A stretch of DNA of 64,000 nucleotides from the human T2T-CHM13v2.0 reference genome, Homo sapiens, in assembly GCF_009914755.1 (NCBI RefSeq), contig NC_060925.1. One strand, written 5' to 3'. Made by a program: the position numbers and the translations under genes. Numbering within the stretch: position 1 is the first letter of the stretch; every line of letters starts with the position of its first letter. Positions 1-13,620 of this stretch are shown piece after piece. The notes under the pieces are model-generated. The model was given only the letters and a program-made list of their open reading frames with translations, ran no database searches and was not told the DNA's origin.

Positions 1-1870
1 ATAAATAATGCTGCTATGAGCATTCAGGTACATTTTTTGTATGAACACATGCTTTCATTTCCCTTTGCTATATGCCCAGAAGTGGAATTGCTGGGTCATA
101 CAGTAATTCTATGATTAGCTTTTTGAGGAACTGCCAGAAAGAAGAGTTCTTTATTCTACATATCCCTTTATTCTTTACTATTCTATCTGTTCTATTTTCA
201 AAGTGATTGTACTATATAACATCCGCACCAGTAATATGTGGGTTCCCATTTCTTCACATCTTTCCAACACTAATTATAGCTATCCTATGGGTATGAAGCA
301 GTATTCCATTGTGGTTTTGATTTACATTTCTCTGGTAGTGAATGATATTGAGTATCTTTTCATGTGCTTATTGCCTTTTGCATATCTTCTTTGAAGAAAT
401 GTCTGTTTGTATCCTTTGCTCATTTAATTAGATTGTCTTTTCATTGTTGAGTTGTAAGAGTTCTTTATATATTCTAGAACTAAGTCCCTTATCAAAGATA
501 TAATTTGCAAATTTAGTGAGTGAACTTTTTACTTTTTTAAAAGTGTTCTTTTAAGCACCAACATTTTTAACTTATTTACTTATTTTTCTTTTGTTGCTTG
601 TACTTTTGATTTCATATCTAAAAACAAATCACCTAATTTAAGATCACAAAGATTACAAATATGTTTCCTTCTAAGAGTTTTATACTTTTAGCTCTAACAT
701 TAGGTATATGATCCATTTTTAATCAACTTTTATATGGTGTGAGGTAGGGACCCAACTTTATTCTTTTGTGTGTGAATATCCAGTTGTCCCAGCATATTTG
801 TTAAAAAGAATATTATTTCCCCCACTGAACTGGCTTTTCAGCCAGGCCAAAAATCAATTGACCATAAATGTAAGGGACTTTTTTTTGGACTGTGAATTCT
901 ATTCCATTAATCTATGTGTCTATGCTTATTTTAGTACCATACTGTCTTCATTACTATAGCTTTGTAGTACGTTTTGAAATCAGGACATATGAGTCCTACA
1001 ACTTTGTTCTTATTTCTCAAGATTGCATTGACTATTCTGGGTCTCTTGAACTTCCATATGAAGTTGAGGAATTTGCTTGTCTATATATGTTTTTTTTTAA
1101 AAAAAAAACAAAAAACAGGCAGCTGGGACTTTGAGTGAGATTGCACTGAACCTGAAGATCAATTTTGGGAATATTACTATCTTAATATTAGCCTTCTAAT
1201 CCATGAGCACAGTACATCTTTCCATTCATTTAAAACTTCTATTACTTTTTTCAATGATGTTTTGCATTTCTCAGTGTACAAGTAGTGCATTAATTTTATT
1301 AAATTTAGTCCTAAATATTTTATTCTTTTTGATTCTATTGTGCATGGAATTACTTTCTTAATTTCATTTTTGGATTGTTCATTGCTAGTGTATAAAAATA
1401 CAATTGATTTTGGTATATTGATCTTGTATCCTGAAACATTTCTGAACTTGTTTATTAGTTCTAATAATTTTTAGTGGGATTCCTTAGGATTTCTTTTTAT
1501 ACAAGATCATGTCATCTGCAAATAAAGACAGTTTTACTACTTTCTTTTCTGTCTGCTTTCTCTCTCTTTTGGGTACTGTTTGCATGTTATATTTTTTCCT
1601 ACCTTTCTATTTTCAACCTATGTGTGTCTTTGAATCTAAAGTGTGTCTCCTCTAGACAGCATATAATTGAATTAAGGATTTTTAAAATCCATTTTGCCAA
1701 CTTCTGCTTTTTTCTTGAAGTTTAGTTCATTTACATTTAAGTAATTACTGACAAGGTAGAATTTAATTTGTGCTTTTGCTGTTTATTTTTCCATATACCT
1801 TGCGTATTTTTTTGTTCCTTTATTCCTTCATTACTGATTCTCTGTTTTCTTTTGTGTTAAATAGATATTT
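1..1870 (-). mobile_element. Old LINE-1 (L1M) ORF2 remnant, antisense, running off the window start
   Basis: The minus strand reads [10 protein letters not shown] (RT motif) near 1503-1530 and ICCLEETHFRFKD (endonuclease N-terminus) near 1625-1665; typical antisense L1 3' sequence at 1-400. Confidence 0.9.
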
Positions 1871-1902
1871 TCTAGCACAAAATATTTCTTTGCTGCTGCC
1901 GC

Positions 1903-1964
1903 TATATATATATACGTATATATATATATATACACATATATATATACATATATATATATATACG

Positions 1965-2009
<45 letters not shown>

Positions 2010-2044
2010 CAAGGAGATATATATGTATATTTAGAGAGAGAGAG
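1903..2044. repeat. Compound (TA)n/(GA)n microsatellite
   Basis: Directly visible TA run with CG/CA interruptions followed by GA runs. Confidence 0.95.
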
Positions 2045-2355
2045 TTATTTTCTTTGTGGTTGGCCTGGAAATAACAAGATCTTAACTTACAGTTTGGATT
2101 AACAGCCTGCCTTTTTATAGCACATTCTCATTTACATTTTTCATTTAATTGCCAGGAAGGAGAAAGTAAGAAATCTGCACTAGAAACTCTATCTTGGCCT
2201 GTTTGGAACAATGTTATTCATATACAATGTTCTTCTGGGGGCAAACTGTAGCCACGTGAGAGAGATTCCTTTTTGATTCCCAGGGTATAGGTTTTCAGGG
2301 TGATCAAAACACCGTTTTGTGAACTTTCTAGCTTCCAACGTGAATTCACATACAT

Positions 2356-2855
2356 CAGCAATTCTCAAACTGTGGTCTGGGAATATCTGAGCATCACTGA
2401 GATGTTTTCAGGTGATCCTTAAGAATAAAACCATTTTTATAAGAATACCAAGTTGTTATTTGCCCTTTGTGGCTTTTATTCTCTCATAAGAGTACAATAG
2501 GATTTTCTAGAGGTTACATGACATGTGATATCATAACAGAGTGAATGCAGATGCAGGTAGGAGAAAGTGCTGTTTCTAATAAGCCAGGCATTCCAGAAAT
2601 TTACAAAACTATAAAACAATGCCACTCTTTTCTCTAAGTTGTTTTTGAGAATATAGTGATACTTCATGAAATATTTATGTTAACATAGAATGGTTTATTA
2701 TTGCTAATTTTAAATGAGTTGACTTTTTAAAATTTCTTATTTTAATTTATAATATGGAAAATCTTGACAGATATATGCAAACCAAAGCTTGTTTGTGTTA
2801 TTGATAAGTTAAGAGTATAAAGTAGTCCTGAAGCCAAAAATTTTATGAGCTGCTA
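2356..2855. mobile_element. hAT-Charlie non-autonomous DNA transposon (Charlie4a-like)
   Basis: Starts cagcaattctcaaactgtggtc; internal ttttctagaggttacatgacatgtgatatc...aaaacaatgccactctt matches recalled consensus; about 500 bp. Confidence 0.7.
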
Positions 2856-3099
2856 CCATATTATCTCATTCAACCCTTACAAGAGCATTGTGTGAAAAGC
2901 AGGACAGATTTAGTCTTCTGATGCTATGGCTTCTTGAATGAGGAAAGTGAGGCCGTGGGCCTGAGACTGTCTACGTGGACTGGGTTTGCTAGAATGGCAA
3001 TCTATTATTCTGAGGCCAGAGCCCAGCCAGTTAACTGCGTTGATACTTCCTGGGAGCTATGACCTCTTAGTGACCTTTGATCCTGTTTACCTCTTCCAT

Positions 3100-4290
3100 G
3101 TTCTGCATACTGTCTGCACTTTGGCTTCCATGACGCCATGACACCATGTTCTCATTTTTGCAAATGGTTCCTCTTCTTTTTCCTGCCCCTTAAATATTGC
3201 TATTACTCAAGGTCTTCTACCCAACCATCCTTTGGTCTTACTCCCTTAGTGAGCTCACTCATCATTATATATGATGATTCCCAAATGTGCCTCTCCAGCT
3301 CAGATCTCTCTCTCACTTGAATTTCAAAGCTGAGTACTAGATGTGTCTACCCGGATATCCCTCAGATGTTTTAAATCCACATGCTCAAAACTCTAATCAG
3401 TAGGCATTCCATACACTGTACTAGGTACAGGTAATGTAAAAGTGAATAAAACACAGTCCCTGTTCTCAGGGAAACAGCAATCTGATGGAGAACATTAGTT
3501 TGTCCAAAACCAACTTCTGTATTTTTGGTTCTAGATATTATTATCACCATCTGCCCAATTACACAGGACTCCTTTCCCATCCTTCCATCTAGTCAGTTGC
3601 CAAGTCTTATGCGTTCTATTTCTGTAACATCTCTCCAGCCTTCTCTTCTCTTCTCTCACTACTGCAGCTCCCTCAGATCCAACTTTCTTAATCTCTCTGG
3701 TGAACTATTGCAGCAACCTCCTAACCATGCTCTCTGCCTTCTGTCTCATCCCCATCTAATTCATCCTTCACACTGCTACCTGAGTGATCATTTTATAACT
3801 GCAAATCTGCCCACCTTACTATCATGCTTAAAACTCTTCAATGGCTCCCGTTCTTCTGGAGAATAAAACCCAGCCTCACTAGCTTGCCTTTTAAGGTTCT
3901 CTAGGATCTGATCTCAGCTTCATTTCCTATCAGTCCTCTGAGTGTTATCTCGACCTTTCAAAAGATATTTCTGATGTCAAGAATGCCCTCCCCAATCACC
4001 TGATCATCCTTCCCAGCTCTTCTTAAGTGTCTTCTCCTCTTAAATTTCCTATGATCTTCCCAAGAGGTCTAGATTATTCCTCTTTTTGGCCTACCACTAT
4101 ATCTTGCACGAGTCTCTTTTCATTATGGTACTTAGCACATTATATTAAATTATAATCTTTTGTTTTTCTAAATATCTCCCCCTCTGGACAGAACACTTCA
4201 ATGGCAGGTACTCTGTCTTATTCATGTTGGTATCAACTGCCCTAGCCCAGTGCATGATGAAGAGTGAGCACTAAATAAATATTATCAATG
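3100..4290 (+). mobile_element. L2 LINE 3' region (with a short antisense L2 fragment at about 3395-3490)
   Basis: L2 phrases ctctccagctcagatctctct and aaaactcttcaatggctccc, plus an L2 terminus cctagcccagtgcatg...aataaatatt. Confidence 0.7.
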
Positions 4291-4884
4291 TAATATTGAA
4301 GGTCTATAAAATATGGATCACATTCAACCTTCCCCCCTTTTTATGATTTTAGAATTCTCTTCCCATTTTCCATCTAAGCACCCAAGCTGAAAACATGGGT
4401 AATTCTATTAATAAAGTTTATACTCTTCCTCTTCCCCTATAGTCAATGAGTTACCCAACCAAACATTCTGCTTCTTTATTCTCTCTCCAGTGTCAACTAC
4501 CCTCCATCACCACATTTAGGAAATACAGCAGCCATGTTTTCAACCTCAAAAATTGAGACATAAAATTTTTGTGTCACTTCCACATATGAGATATTCTGAG
4601 AAGCAGACAAAAGTTCAAAAACATTGGAATTCTTGAAATATTTCAACAATTTCCAGGGACAGTACTAGAGAATATTTGAAATCATAATGCCACTAAGAAT
4701 TCAGGTTAGGAGGTCATTTAGCCTTGGTTTTATGGTTCTTGGGCTTCTAAGTTTCAGAACTTAAGTTATTAATCATCTAGGTTACAAAAGACAAATGCAT
4801 GGACATGAATAACTAAAAATACAATATTATAAATACTAAATAAGTGAAGAGGTAATTGAGAAGAGAAATACAGAGGACATATGA

Positions 4885-5343
<459 letters not shown>

Positions 5344-7558
5344 TAACCAGAGAGAGCGTCTGATTCAAGGGTGTGGTTCATACTTGGGCAGCCTGAGACC
5401 TACAACTTGGACCCACATAAAAAGATAATCTGCATCAACCAGATTCCCTTCTGGAATCTGAAATTGAAAAACCAAAATGAGAGAGCTGGCAGCACAGGCA
5501 GATGCTAAAAGACTTGCCTCCAGTATTACCTTAAGGTAACGGAGGAACCAGAGAGTCCAGGGCAAGCCAAAACCATAAGTAAGCCAAAGTCATGAGTAGA
5601 TAGAACGAGCTGGTCAATAGAGGAGCAAACACTCCACATAAGTGACAATAGCATGAGAAAAATAGAGACCATTCAGCCAAAACAAGAGAGGTGGAGCAGC
5701 TAGTCCCTGGATCTGCCTTGCAACTTGATATCTTGCCAGCTCTGGTCTAAATCCAGGTATAGCCTTACAGCCACTCATTGAACTTCTTTTCCAGGTGACT
5801 GTTTGAGTGCTATTCCTTGCTAGCTAAGAGCTAAAGGAAATGGATTCGACTAGGCAGAGCAGAGGGAAAGAGAAATCCAGGAGCCCAGGTTAGTATGGAT
5901 GGCAGCATAAAGATGAAATTTCTCATGGACTCCTCAGGGAAGGGTAGAAAGGAAATTATTTTAAGTAGGAGACAAAAGCTACTGGAGCACCTTAAATTTG
6001 TAGGCCAAAGTGGTATTTGGTGAATGAATGAATAAATGAATGCATGTGAGTTAAAGCCAAAAAGTAAACAACTTTAAATAACAGGATTGAGACTTCAGAC
6101 TTGATATCATAGGCAATAGGAAACCACAGCAGTTTGGAACAGGAAGCAGGAGCCATCAATATAGTATTTTTAAAATAATGAATTTTTTGAAAGACATTCC
6201 ATTTTCCAATGCTGAAGCATGCGTTGTCCCAGCCCCACAATGATGGAGTGAGCATGTAGGAGTAATGTTTGGCCGAGAGAGGAACATGAAAGCAGCCCAC
6301 TGGTAAATGGAACTGCAAATTAGAATGGCCTGAGGGAGGCTTCCGTCCAGACAGCCCAGAAGCTGAGAAAGACAGCCAAAGATATCTCGCCTAGCATGCA
6401 GCTGTGGGAAATGCTGCAACTCTTTCTGACTGTCTGGAAACAGCTATAAGACCACGTGCAAACTCAAAATCAGTTCTAAATAGGCCATTATGACAAGGGC
6501 TGTCAGCCCCCTATGGACTTCCATGTAGCACCCAGATGTCACATGTAGACATGTGACAGCTGACTCCTCATTCTCTCCACCAGGCATTTGTAGTAGCTGT
6601 CTGTTCATGGCATGTCAACTTGGACACAGATCTCAGCAACTCTTTGAATGCCTCGCCAAGATCCACTCATAGAACATTAATGAACAGTGGAGAATCTCCT
6701 GACAGTTTCATGAGGGAGAGAGAAGAAGGACTCCACAGCAAATAATTAAAGAAAAAAAAAAGACCTACTAGACATACATGTTCTGCAAATTCCTCCACTG
6801 CTGGACAGCCACCAAGTGTTTCTTTATCAACCCACAATACAGTTTAAATAAAGGCCCACTCCTCCCCCAGCACAGTTTATAGGGCCCACACTCCTTACGA
6901 TGACAATTGAGGTTATAAATAAAGCACCTTGTTGTTTTTGCACACACATAGCAATAAACATAGGGCTTAATAGCTCCCAACATGGCCCCAGCTATGTCTC
7001 CTTGGCCCCATCACTTTGCTCTCTGGCCTCTGTTTCTCATTCTGTAACACAAGAGGCAGAAGTGGGTCCATTTGGGTTAATCCCATCCACCATCCAGTTC
7101 TCAATTTGGACTTTACATAGTGGAGAGTGGTTTCCACCCTAAGCAGAGGGGTTTTCCTTCTGCAAAGAACAAAATGAAAGAACTAGGGATGAAGAAGCCA
7201 CTATATAACCTAGGCATTTGGGCAAGTGGGGGTGGGGAAGCTGGAGAGGAGGGAGGCGGGGCAGGGTCCCAGTGGCAGGGAGGGTGAGCTGAGCACTGGC
7301 TGCCCCTCCGCGGGATATGCAGTGATGAGGCCTGCCGAATGCAGAGCATGGAGGAGAAATGGTTTTGTCTGTGCAGCCACCCACGCTCTGACTGCAGTAA
7401 GGGTCACACGGGGCTGATGATGACTTTTTGATGGAGTGGACGCAGCACCCTGCAGGGGCCAGCAGTCTTTGGAAGAGAAGCGCTCAGCAGAAAGCACATC
7501 CAGCTCACCAGTCTGCTCTTCCCTCTTCTGCTTTCTTTCTCTCCCCACCCTCAAACCC

Positions 7559-7793
7559 CATCTGGGCTCACTGCAACCTCTGCCTCCCAGGTTCAAGTAA
7601 TTCTCCTGCCTCAACCTCCCAAGTAGCTGGGATTACAGGTGTGTGACACCACACCCGGCTAATTTTTGTATTTTTAGTAAACATGGGGTTTCACTATGTT
7701 GGCCAGGCTGGTCTTGAACTGCTGACCTCATGATCCGCCTGCCTTGGCCTCCCAAAGTGCTGGGATTACAGGCATGAGCCACCACGCCCGGCC
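7559..7793 (-). mobile_element. AluS lacking its 3' end and poly(A) tail
   Basis: Antisense Alu from gctcactgcaacctc to gagccaccacgcccggcc; no poly(T) upstream. Confidence 0.92.
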
Positions 7794-9521
7794 TTCTCCT
7801 CTCTTTTTAAAGTGTCTCTTCTGGGTGCCGTTTTCATTCTAAGCTATCTATAGCGCCTCAGTAAGGGAGAAGGGGGGAAATCCAACAACAGCCGCAGCCA
7901 CGTGGCCAGCTTCTGTGGGAACACCTGTGGATGTGTGCTGTTCTGGGCAAGAACAGAACAAAGTTGCTTTTATGTCCTTCTTTCTAAAAGCCTTGTGTGC
8001 TTTAGAAGCTGGTTATTATTGCATTATTAAAGCCTCAGTGAGCCGAGGCCAAGGCGAGGGTACTCTACAGCTGTCCCAGGCGGCTTCAGCCAGTGCATAC
8101 TTCTCATCCTGTGACCTAGCCTGACTCCTGGTTGTCATCCCATTACACCCCAGTGAGAGGGGAGCACTGGGGGAGGACAGAGATGCCAGTCCCTAATTGA
8201 AGGTGCCCTGGGCTTCTCACCAAACTGGTCCATCCAGTTCTTAGGAATTATTCTGAGCATAATCCATTTTGCCAATATTGTGTTTCTTAAAGCACCAGCA
8301 GCGTAAAGTGAGGAAAAACTGTTGCATAAGGAAATTTCTGAAACCGGATTTCCCTGGGTTTCAGCAAGCACTTGTTCAGGAGAGGTTGGGAGGACCAAAT
8401 GTTCAGCTTTGTGTGTGTCATGGTTGGGGGCCGTAGACTGGGGACAGCCTAGGGCATTGTTTGCTAAGGGCAAGTTTGCTCCAGTTAGTTACAGATTCCT
8501 AGTCACAACACCGTGAGCTTTGTCATCTATCCCAACCTCAACTTTCACAGAGGAGGAGAGGAAACGCACAGAGGCAAGGTGACTGGTCGAAGGTTGCACA
8601 GTGGATTGGTGTCCTGCTCAGATAACCGCAGCCTAGACACATGCTGAGCACACGTGGCATTCCTTCTCCAGGTCTGTAAGCACAGATGCCCTTCAAATGG
8701 CAGTGCCAGTTTAAGGCTAGTGTTTGGAAAGACAGGCCCCCAGAAGGCATGGACTGTATTTTTCCCTGGTCCTTATGGGACACTTCAGCAAGGTTCAAGC
8801 ACACTTAGAAACTTATACCTACAGACAAACCCCAGAAAAAAGTAATCAGAGTCACATTCTCTAACCAGCTCCAGTACACTTATTTTCATGCAAATGTGGA
8901 GAAACAGCCCAGCCTAAGAGGGAGCAGCATAACAGAACAGCAGAATGAATGCCACCATAGAAGTTTGTGCAGCCCATGGAATCCATAAAAGGCCTGGCTG
9001 CGGGGCCCACCAGGGGCTGAAATCCGGCCTGCCCTCCACTAACTGGGCACTGCCCAGGCAAAATGCTCCTCATGTTTCTGGTCTCAGGTCAAGTTTACCC
9101 TTGAGTAGTAAAGCTTCCCTCTTTACTGGCCTTCCTCTGCACTTCCCCTTCTACCTCATTCCTGTCCTATCTTCTAAAAGCGTCCCTTAAAAAAAAATTA
9201 TGTTTTTCTGTTTTACTTTTTAAGCTATAACCACCAAAGTAGTGATGAGCCCTTCATGCACTGCAGTGTTTGAAGCCACTGAGCACATCTTCAGGTCTAT
9301 TTCACCTCTAAACATGGTCTTCCCATAGTGCATCTGGCTACCTCTGATCACATGCCACTTCCTCCAGGAAGCCTTCCCTGACCCTTCCCCCCTCCCCCAC
9401 ACATCCCACCCCAGTAAGTGAGGACTATCCCCCACCGCAACCTAGGCTAGGCATGCCCTATGGGAGCTCTGAATATGTTGTTGCAAAATGATCTATTTAT
9501 AAGTTCATCTTCCCCTTAGAT

Positions 9522-10197
9522 CTGCCCTGTTCAATGTGGTAGCCACTGACCACGCATGCCTACTGAGCACTTGAACTGTGTCTAGTCTGAATAGGGATGT
9601 GTTGTAAATATCAGATACATACTACATGTGAAATAGTATGAAAGAGATAATATAAAATACCTCAATGATCATGTTTCTCTTGATCATATGGTGGAATAAT
9701 ATTATAGGCTGGGTGTGGTGGCTCACACCTGTTATGATAGCACTTTGGGAGGCCTAGGTGCAGGAGGATCACTTGGAGTTTGAGACCAGCCTGGCGCAAC
9801 ACAAGGAGACCCTGTATCTAAAAAAAATTTTTTTTAATTAGCTGGGCATCATGGCAGGTGCCTATAGTCCTAGCTCCTCAGGAGGCTGAGGCAGGAGGAT
9901 TGCCTGAGCCCAGAAGGTTGAGGCTGCAGTGAACGATGACTGAGCCACTGCACTCCAACCTGGGTAACAGAGTGAGACGCTGTCCCCAAAATAAGCAAAT
10001 AAATAAATAAATACATATTTTTAAAAATTTAAAAAAGAGAAACAGAAAAAATAAAAATTAAACAAGATAATATTAGAGAAATATTGAGTTAAATATATGA
10101 TTAAAATTAATTTCTTCTATTTCTTTTTTTAATGTGACTACTAGAAAAATGTAAATTACCTGTATGGTTTGTATCATATTTCTATTGGATATCTGCT
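9522..10197 (-). mobile_element. MER33 (hAT-Charlie MITE) interrupted by Alu
   Basis: ctgccctgttcaatgtggtagccact...gagcacttgaa at the left end; aatgtgactactagaaaaatgtaaattac...tttctattgga at the right end. Confidence 0.8.
9707..10065 (+). mobile_element. AluJ with long degenerate A-rich tail
   Basis: Diverged Alu dimer with J-type ggaggattgcctgagcccag; ataatatta repeated on both flanks. Confidence 0.9.
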
Positions 10198-10497
10198 TAG
10201 ACTATAAGCCTCTAGAGGTCAGGGATCATATCTTACTCATCTTTGCCCTTCCAGCATCTAATACAGACACACATTTGGGTTCTAAGACAGCATATGTAAC
10301 AATACAGGTGTCACCTTGTGTTGTCACTCTTGCTGCCCACCTGTCTGTCTCTACCAGGATGCTTTCCGCACCTTGGCACAAAGACTGTGCCTCACCTATC
10401 AAGTGCTTGGCAAGAGGCAGGTGCAGAATACATGTTAGAGAATGAAGGTAAAGTAAGTATCTGATCTAAATATTCAGGGAGAAAAAAACTTATGATT

Positions 10498-10610
10498 ATT
10501 ATTTTTAATAGAGATGGGGTCTTGCTATATTGCCCAGGCTGTTCTCAAACTCCTGACCCCAGGTGATCCCAAAGTGCTGGGATTACAAGCACGACCCGCA
10601 GTACCTGGCC
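10498..10610 (-). mobile_element. Alu left monomer / FLAM
   Basis: gagatggggtcttgctatattgcccaggctg...cccaaagtgctgggattaca; single arm only. Confidence 0.85.
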
Positions 10611-10979
10611 AATTTTTTAAAAACTTAATCTTGCTTTAATTGTACTTGGGAACCATAGATGTGATATTGATATCTTACAGATAGAAGAACAAAGTGGCTG
10701 TAATACCCTGGGTGGGATCTTTCCAAGTTAAGACAAAGGAAGCGCCAGTACATCAGGAGACAGAGTGGCTGGGTTCCAAGGCCAGCAGGCTGTTACGCAA
10801 GGGGGAAAACTTCACACACAGTCAATAATTAGAAAAATGATTCTGGGCTGTGGAAACAAACACAGGACAAAGTATATAGAATACAGAGACTAATATTCAC
10901 AACAATATCAATTAATAGCTTATCATACCCTCTTGAGTACTGATCAATTTGATGTGAATTTCAACTTTAAAAAATCTTA

Positions 10980-11435
10980 ATTTTATTTTCTGAATATAGA
11001 AATAAAACTGGCTCGTTGTTTAAAAAAAAAAGGCCCTAATCTCACAATTATATAGAAATGTTTAAAGCAAAAAAAGTCCTTTGTGATACCACTCCAAATG
11101 ATAATTCAATAACCACTAGTAATAGGTTGGTGTTCTTCCTTCTAGGTTTTTCCTTTATAAAAATTCTTTTCTCTTTATTTTTATATAAAAATAAGGTTAT
11201 ATCCTAAGTATCATCCTGCAACTTAACTTTTGAAACATATGAATATATTGTCAACATCATCCTATGTTAGTACCTATAGCCCTATCTCTTCTTTTAGCTG
11301 GAGCATAGCATTCCACTTAGGGAAATACTCCCATTATTGCTGGACATCAGCAATAAAGACAGGAACTTTTTTGTTATTATAAACAGACTGCAACCAACAT
11401 CCTCGGACATGTCTTTGCAGCTTTTATGTTTCCAT
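10980..11435 (-). mobile_element. Degraded L1ME 3' fragment
   Basis: Weak antisense L1 3' phrases (catagcattccac, attattgctggacat, gttattataaacagactgca). Confidence 0.5.
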
Positions 11436-12299
11436 AGGAACAAAAATAGTTTCATTATGCCCTAATGAAGACAGTGAAGCAGATCAGAATTGGATCACCT
11501 ATATTAAAAAAAGAAAAAACAGATTGCAGTGGGAAGGGAGAAAGGGGTTCGTGAAGATAATGGTAGATATTTGGGCTTTGCACATTTTTATAATAATGAA
11601 AGAAAAGTCCACTTAGCTTGCATCTCACCTTCTACCTCCATAATTCTAAAGTATTTTTTTAATTTAATTGGAATTAATTTCATCTAAAAATCTCAATTTT
11701 GGATTAACCTATGTGAAGTTCAAGAACATTCTCTTACCTGTATGCTGGTAAGAACTGCAATTGGATATATCCTTCTGTCTGGCATCCTCTGGGTCAGTTT
11801 CCACTTTTTCCTATTGAGGGACTTACAGGTTCTTTAGTTACACAGGTAACTGTGGTTTGAAATTTAAAACAACAGTATGTCTTTCATAATTCTCCTGAGA
11901 AAGAAAAATTCCAACAGTAAACAACGCCACTGGGGTTTCTCCTCCCCCACCAGCTGCATCAAAATGCTGTCCTGGCTTTGTCTTATACTAACAGGGTAGA
12001 CCAGTCACTAATCTCTCTGAACACACGTCTCCCAACCTGTAAAATGGTTGCTACCTGCTTTGATTCATAACTGTCAAAATTAGAGATAATGTATGTAAAG
12101 TACTAGAACAAAGTACATGTTCTAATAATGGGAGCTATTATTTTCAATGGAAACTACTAGGATTAAATAGCCAGAGAAAGAGATAAAAGCAAAAGGTGGT
12201 AAGGAGAAAGGAAAATCCGAAGAACGTTTGTAGTAAATTTCAACATTTTTATTGCAGTAACTTTGATACGTGTTTTCTATGATGCTGGGAACTAACATC

Positions 12300-12530
12300 T
12301 CTTAAGCGAGCATTATCTGCCTGCTTCTGTACTAGGTATTTTACATATGTTGTCTTAATTCTAACAACAAATTTGTAAGGCAAGTAGTAGTGTCTTCCCA
12401 TATTATAGATGAAAAAACTGAGACTCAGAATGTGTAAGTGGCCTTCTCAGATTCATCAATGTGGTAAGTAACAAAATTGGTATTAAAACTCAAATCAGTT
12501 CCAAACCTGTGCTTGTCTACTTATCAGGCT
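12300..12530 (-). mobile_element. MIR
   Basis: Core cccatattatagatgaaaaaactgagactcaga. Confidence 0.75.
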
Positions 12531-12689
12531 GTGACTACTGCACCAGGCCTCATGATGCCTTCACGGTTTCTTATCTCCTGCACATTTTTCTCCACCTGGT
12601 CTCACTCTGATCACAATGGCAGATCCAGGGCCTCCCTCTTCCACTGACAGAAAATCAGTGCAAACTGACTCACGCACACCAAGGACAAA

Positions 12690-13030
12690 ATGTGTTCATG
12701 GTCATGACAAGTCTAAAGGTAGACTTTGGCCTCAGGCTTGGCTGCACTCAGGGGCTCTATCTTCCCCATCTTTCAGTGCAACTTTCCTTTGAGTTCTGAC
12801 TGGCTTTAATTTCACAGGGCTCTCTCCTCTGGATAGAAACCTTACGACCCATGACCCCGGGGGTAGGGAGAGGAGCACCCTTTCTTTCTCCCAGGGTCTA
12901 TTTTAACCATATCAAATCTTAGTGAAAATCCACATGCCTATTTCTCAACCAATCACTGTGGCTTGAGGGGTGCCACGTCCTGCTGGCCAGGCCTCCCTCT
13001 CCAGCCCACTCCTGTGACAGGTTCAGCCTT
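12690..13030 (-). mobile_element. Old MaLR LTR fragment (MLT1J/K-like)
   Basis: aagtctaaaggtagactttggcctcaggc...caaccaatcactgtggc resembles MLT1J-L consensus. Confidence 0.5.
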
Positions 13031-13344
13031 ACCTGAATCACAAGGAATGATGCCCCGTAGAACAGAGCAAAAAGGAAGAGCAAAAGAAGTCCTCAATAGA
13101 ACAAAGCCACAGATAACCTCTGCAGAGTTCTTGTTGCTTTTTACTCAGCAACACCTCTCATAAACCCAGACTTTTGCCTTAGAAAAGCTCCTACTTTAGC
13201 TCCATAGGGACTGATTTCATAACTGCTTCTTTTTTGCATGTATTTCTTCCATCATTATGTACTATCTCTATGTGATGTCTAAAAATACCAAGTGGACATG
13301 GTATATCCTGCTCCTTCTTCCTGCCCAAGTTAGCAAAATAGCTC

Positions 13345-13620
13345 TGTAATTTTCAATGCTTTTGGCTACAATTTACAGAAAATGTAAATTTTCATTTACA
13401 AATGAAAATGATCAAAATGGCTTCGACAATGAGGAAAATGTCATTTTACACACGTTAAGAAGTCCCAAGGTAGAGCAGCTCCAGGGTTGACTGAGTCTCC
13501 GTGATTGAGGCTCTTTCCATTTTTCCTCTCTGCCATCCTCATTGTGGCAGCATTGTCCTCAGTGTGCTCCCCTCAAGACTGCAGGATGGACACAGCGTCC
13601 TGGGCACCACCGCTAGCCTG
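13345..13620 (-). mobile_element. Old MaLR LTR fragment (MLT1J/K-like)
   Basis: aatgcttttggctacaa...aagaagtcccaaggtagagcagctccagggttg...ctctgccatcctca. Confidence 0.55.

Larger units (their letters stand above)
9330..10275 (+). mobile_element. L2 3' end split by MER33 and Alu
   Basis: cttcctccaggaagccttccctgacc...cttccccttaga resumes after MER33 as ttagactataagcctctagaggtcagggatcat. Confidence 0.7.

Noticed and set aside
6541-6556. Two CATG cores suggesting a p53 response element
   Set aside because: The cores are 4 nt apart; a canonical p53 site needs 6 nt, with RRR/YYY flanks.
13389-13410. Short inverted repeat ttttcattt-ac-aaatgaaaa
   Set aside because: AT-rich and inside an LTR remnant; unremarkable.
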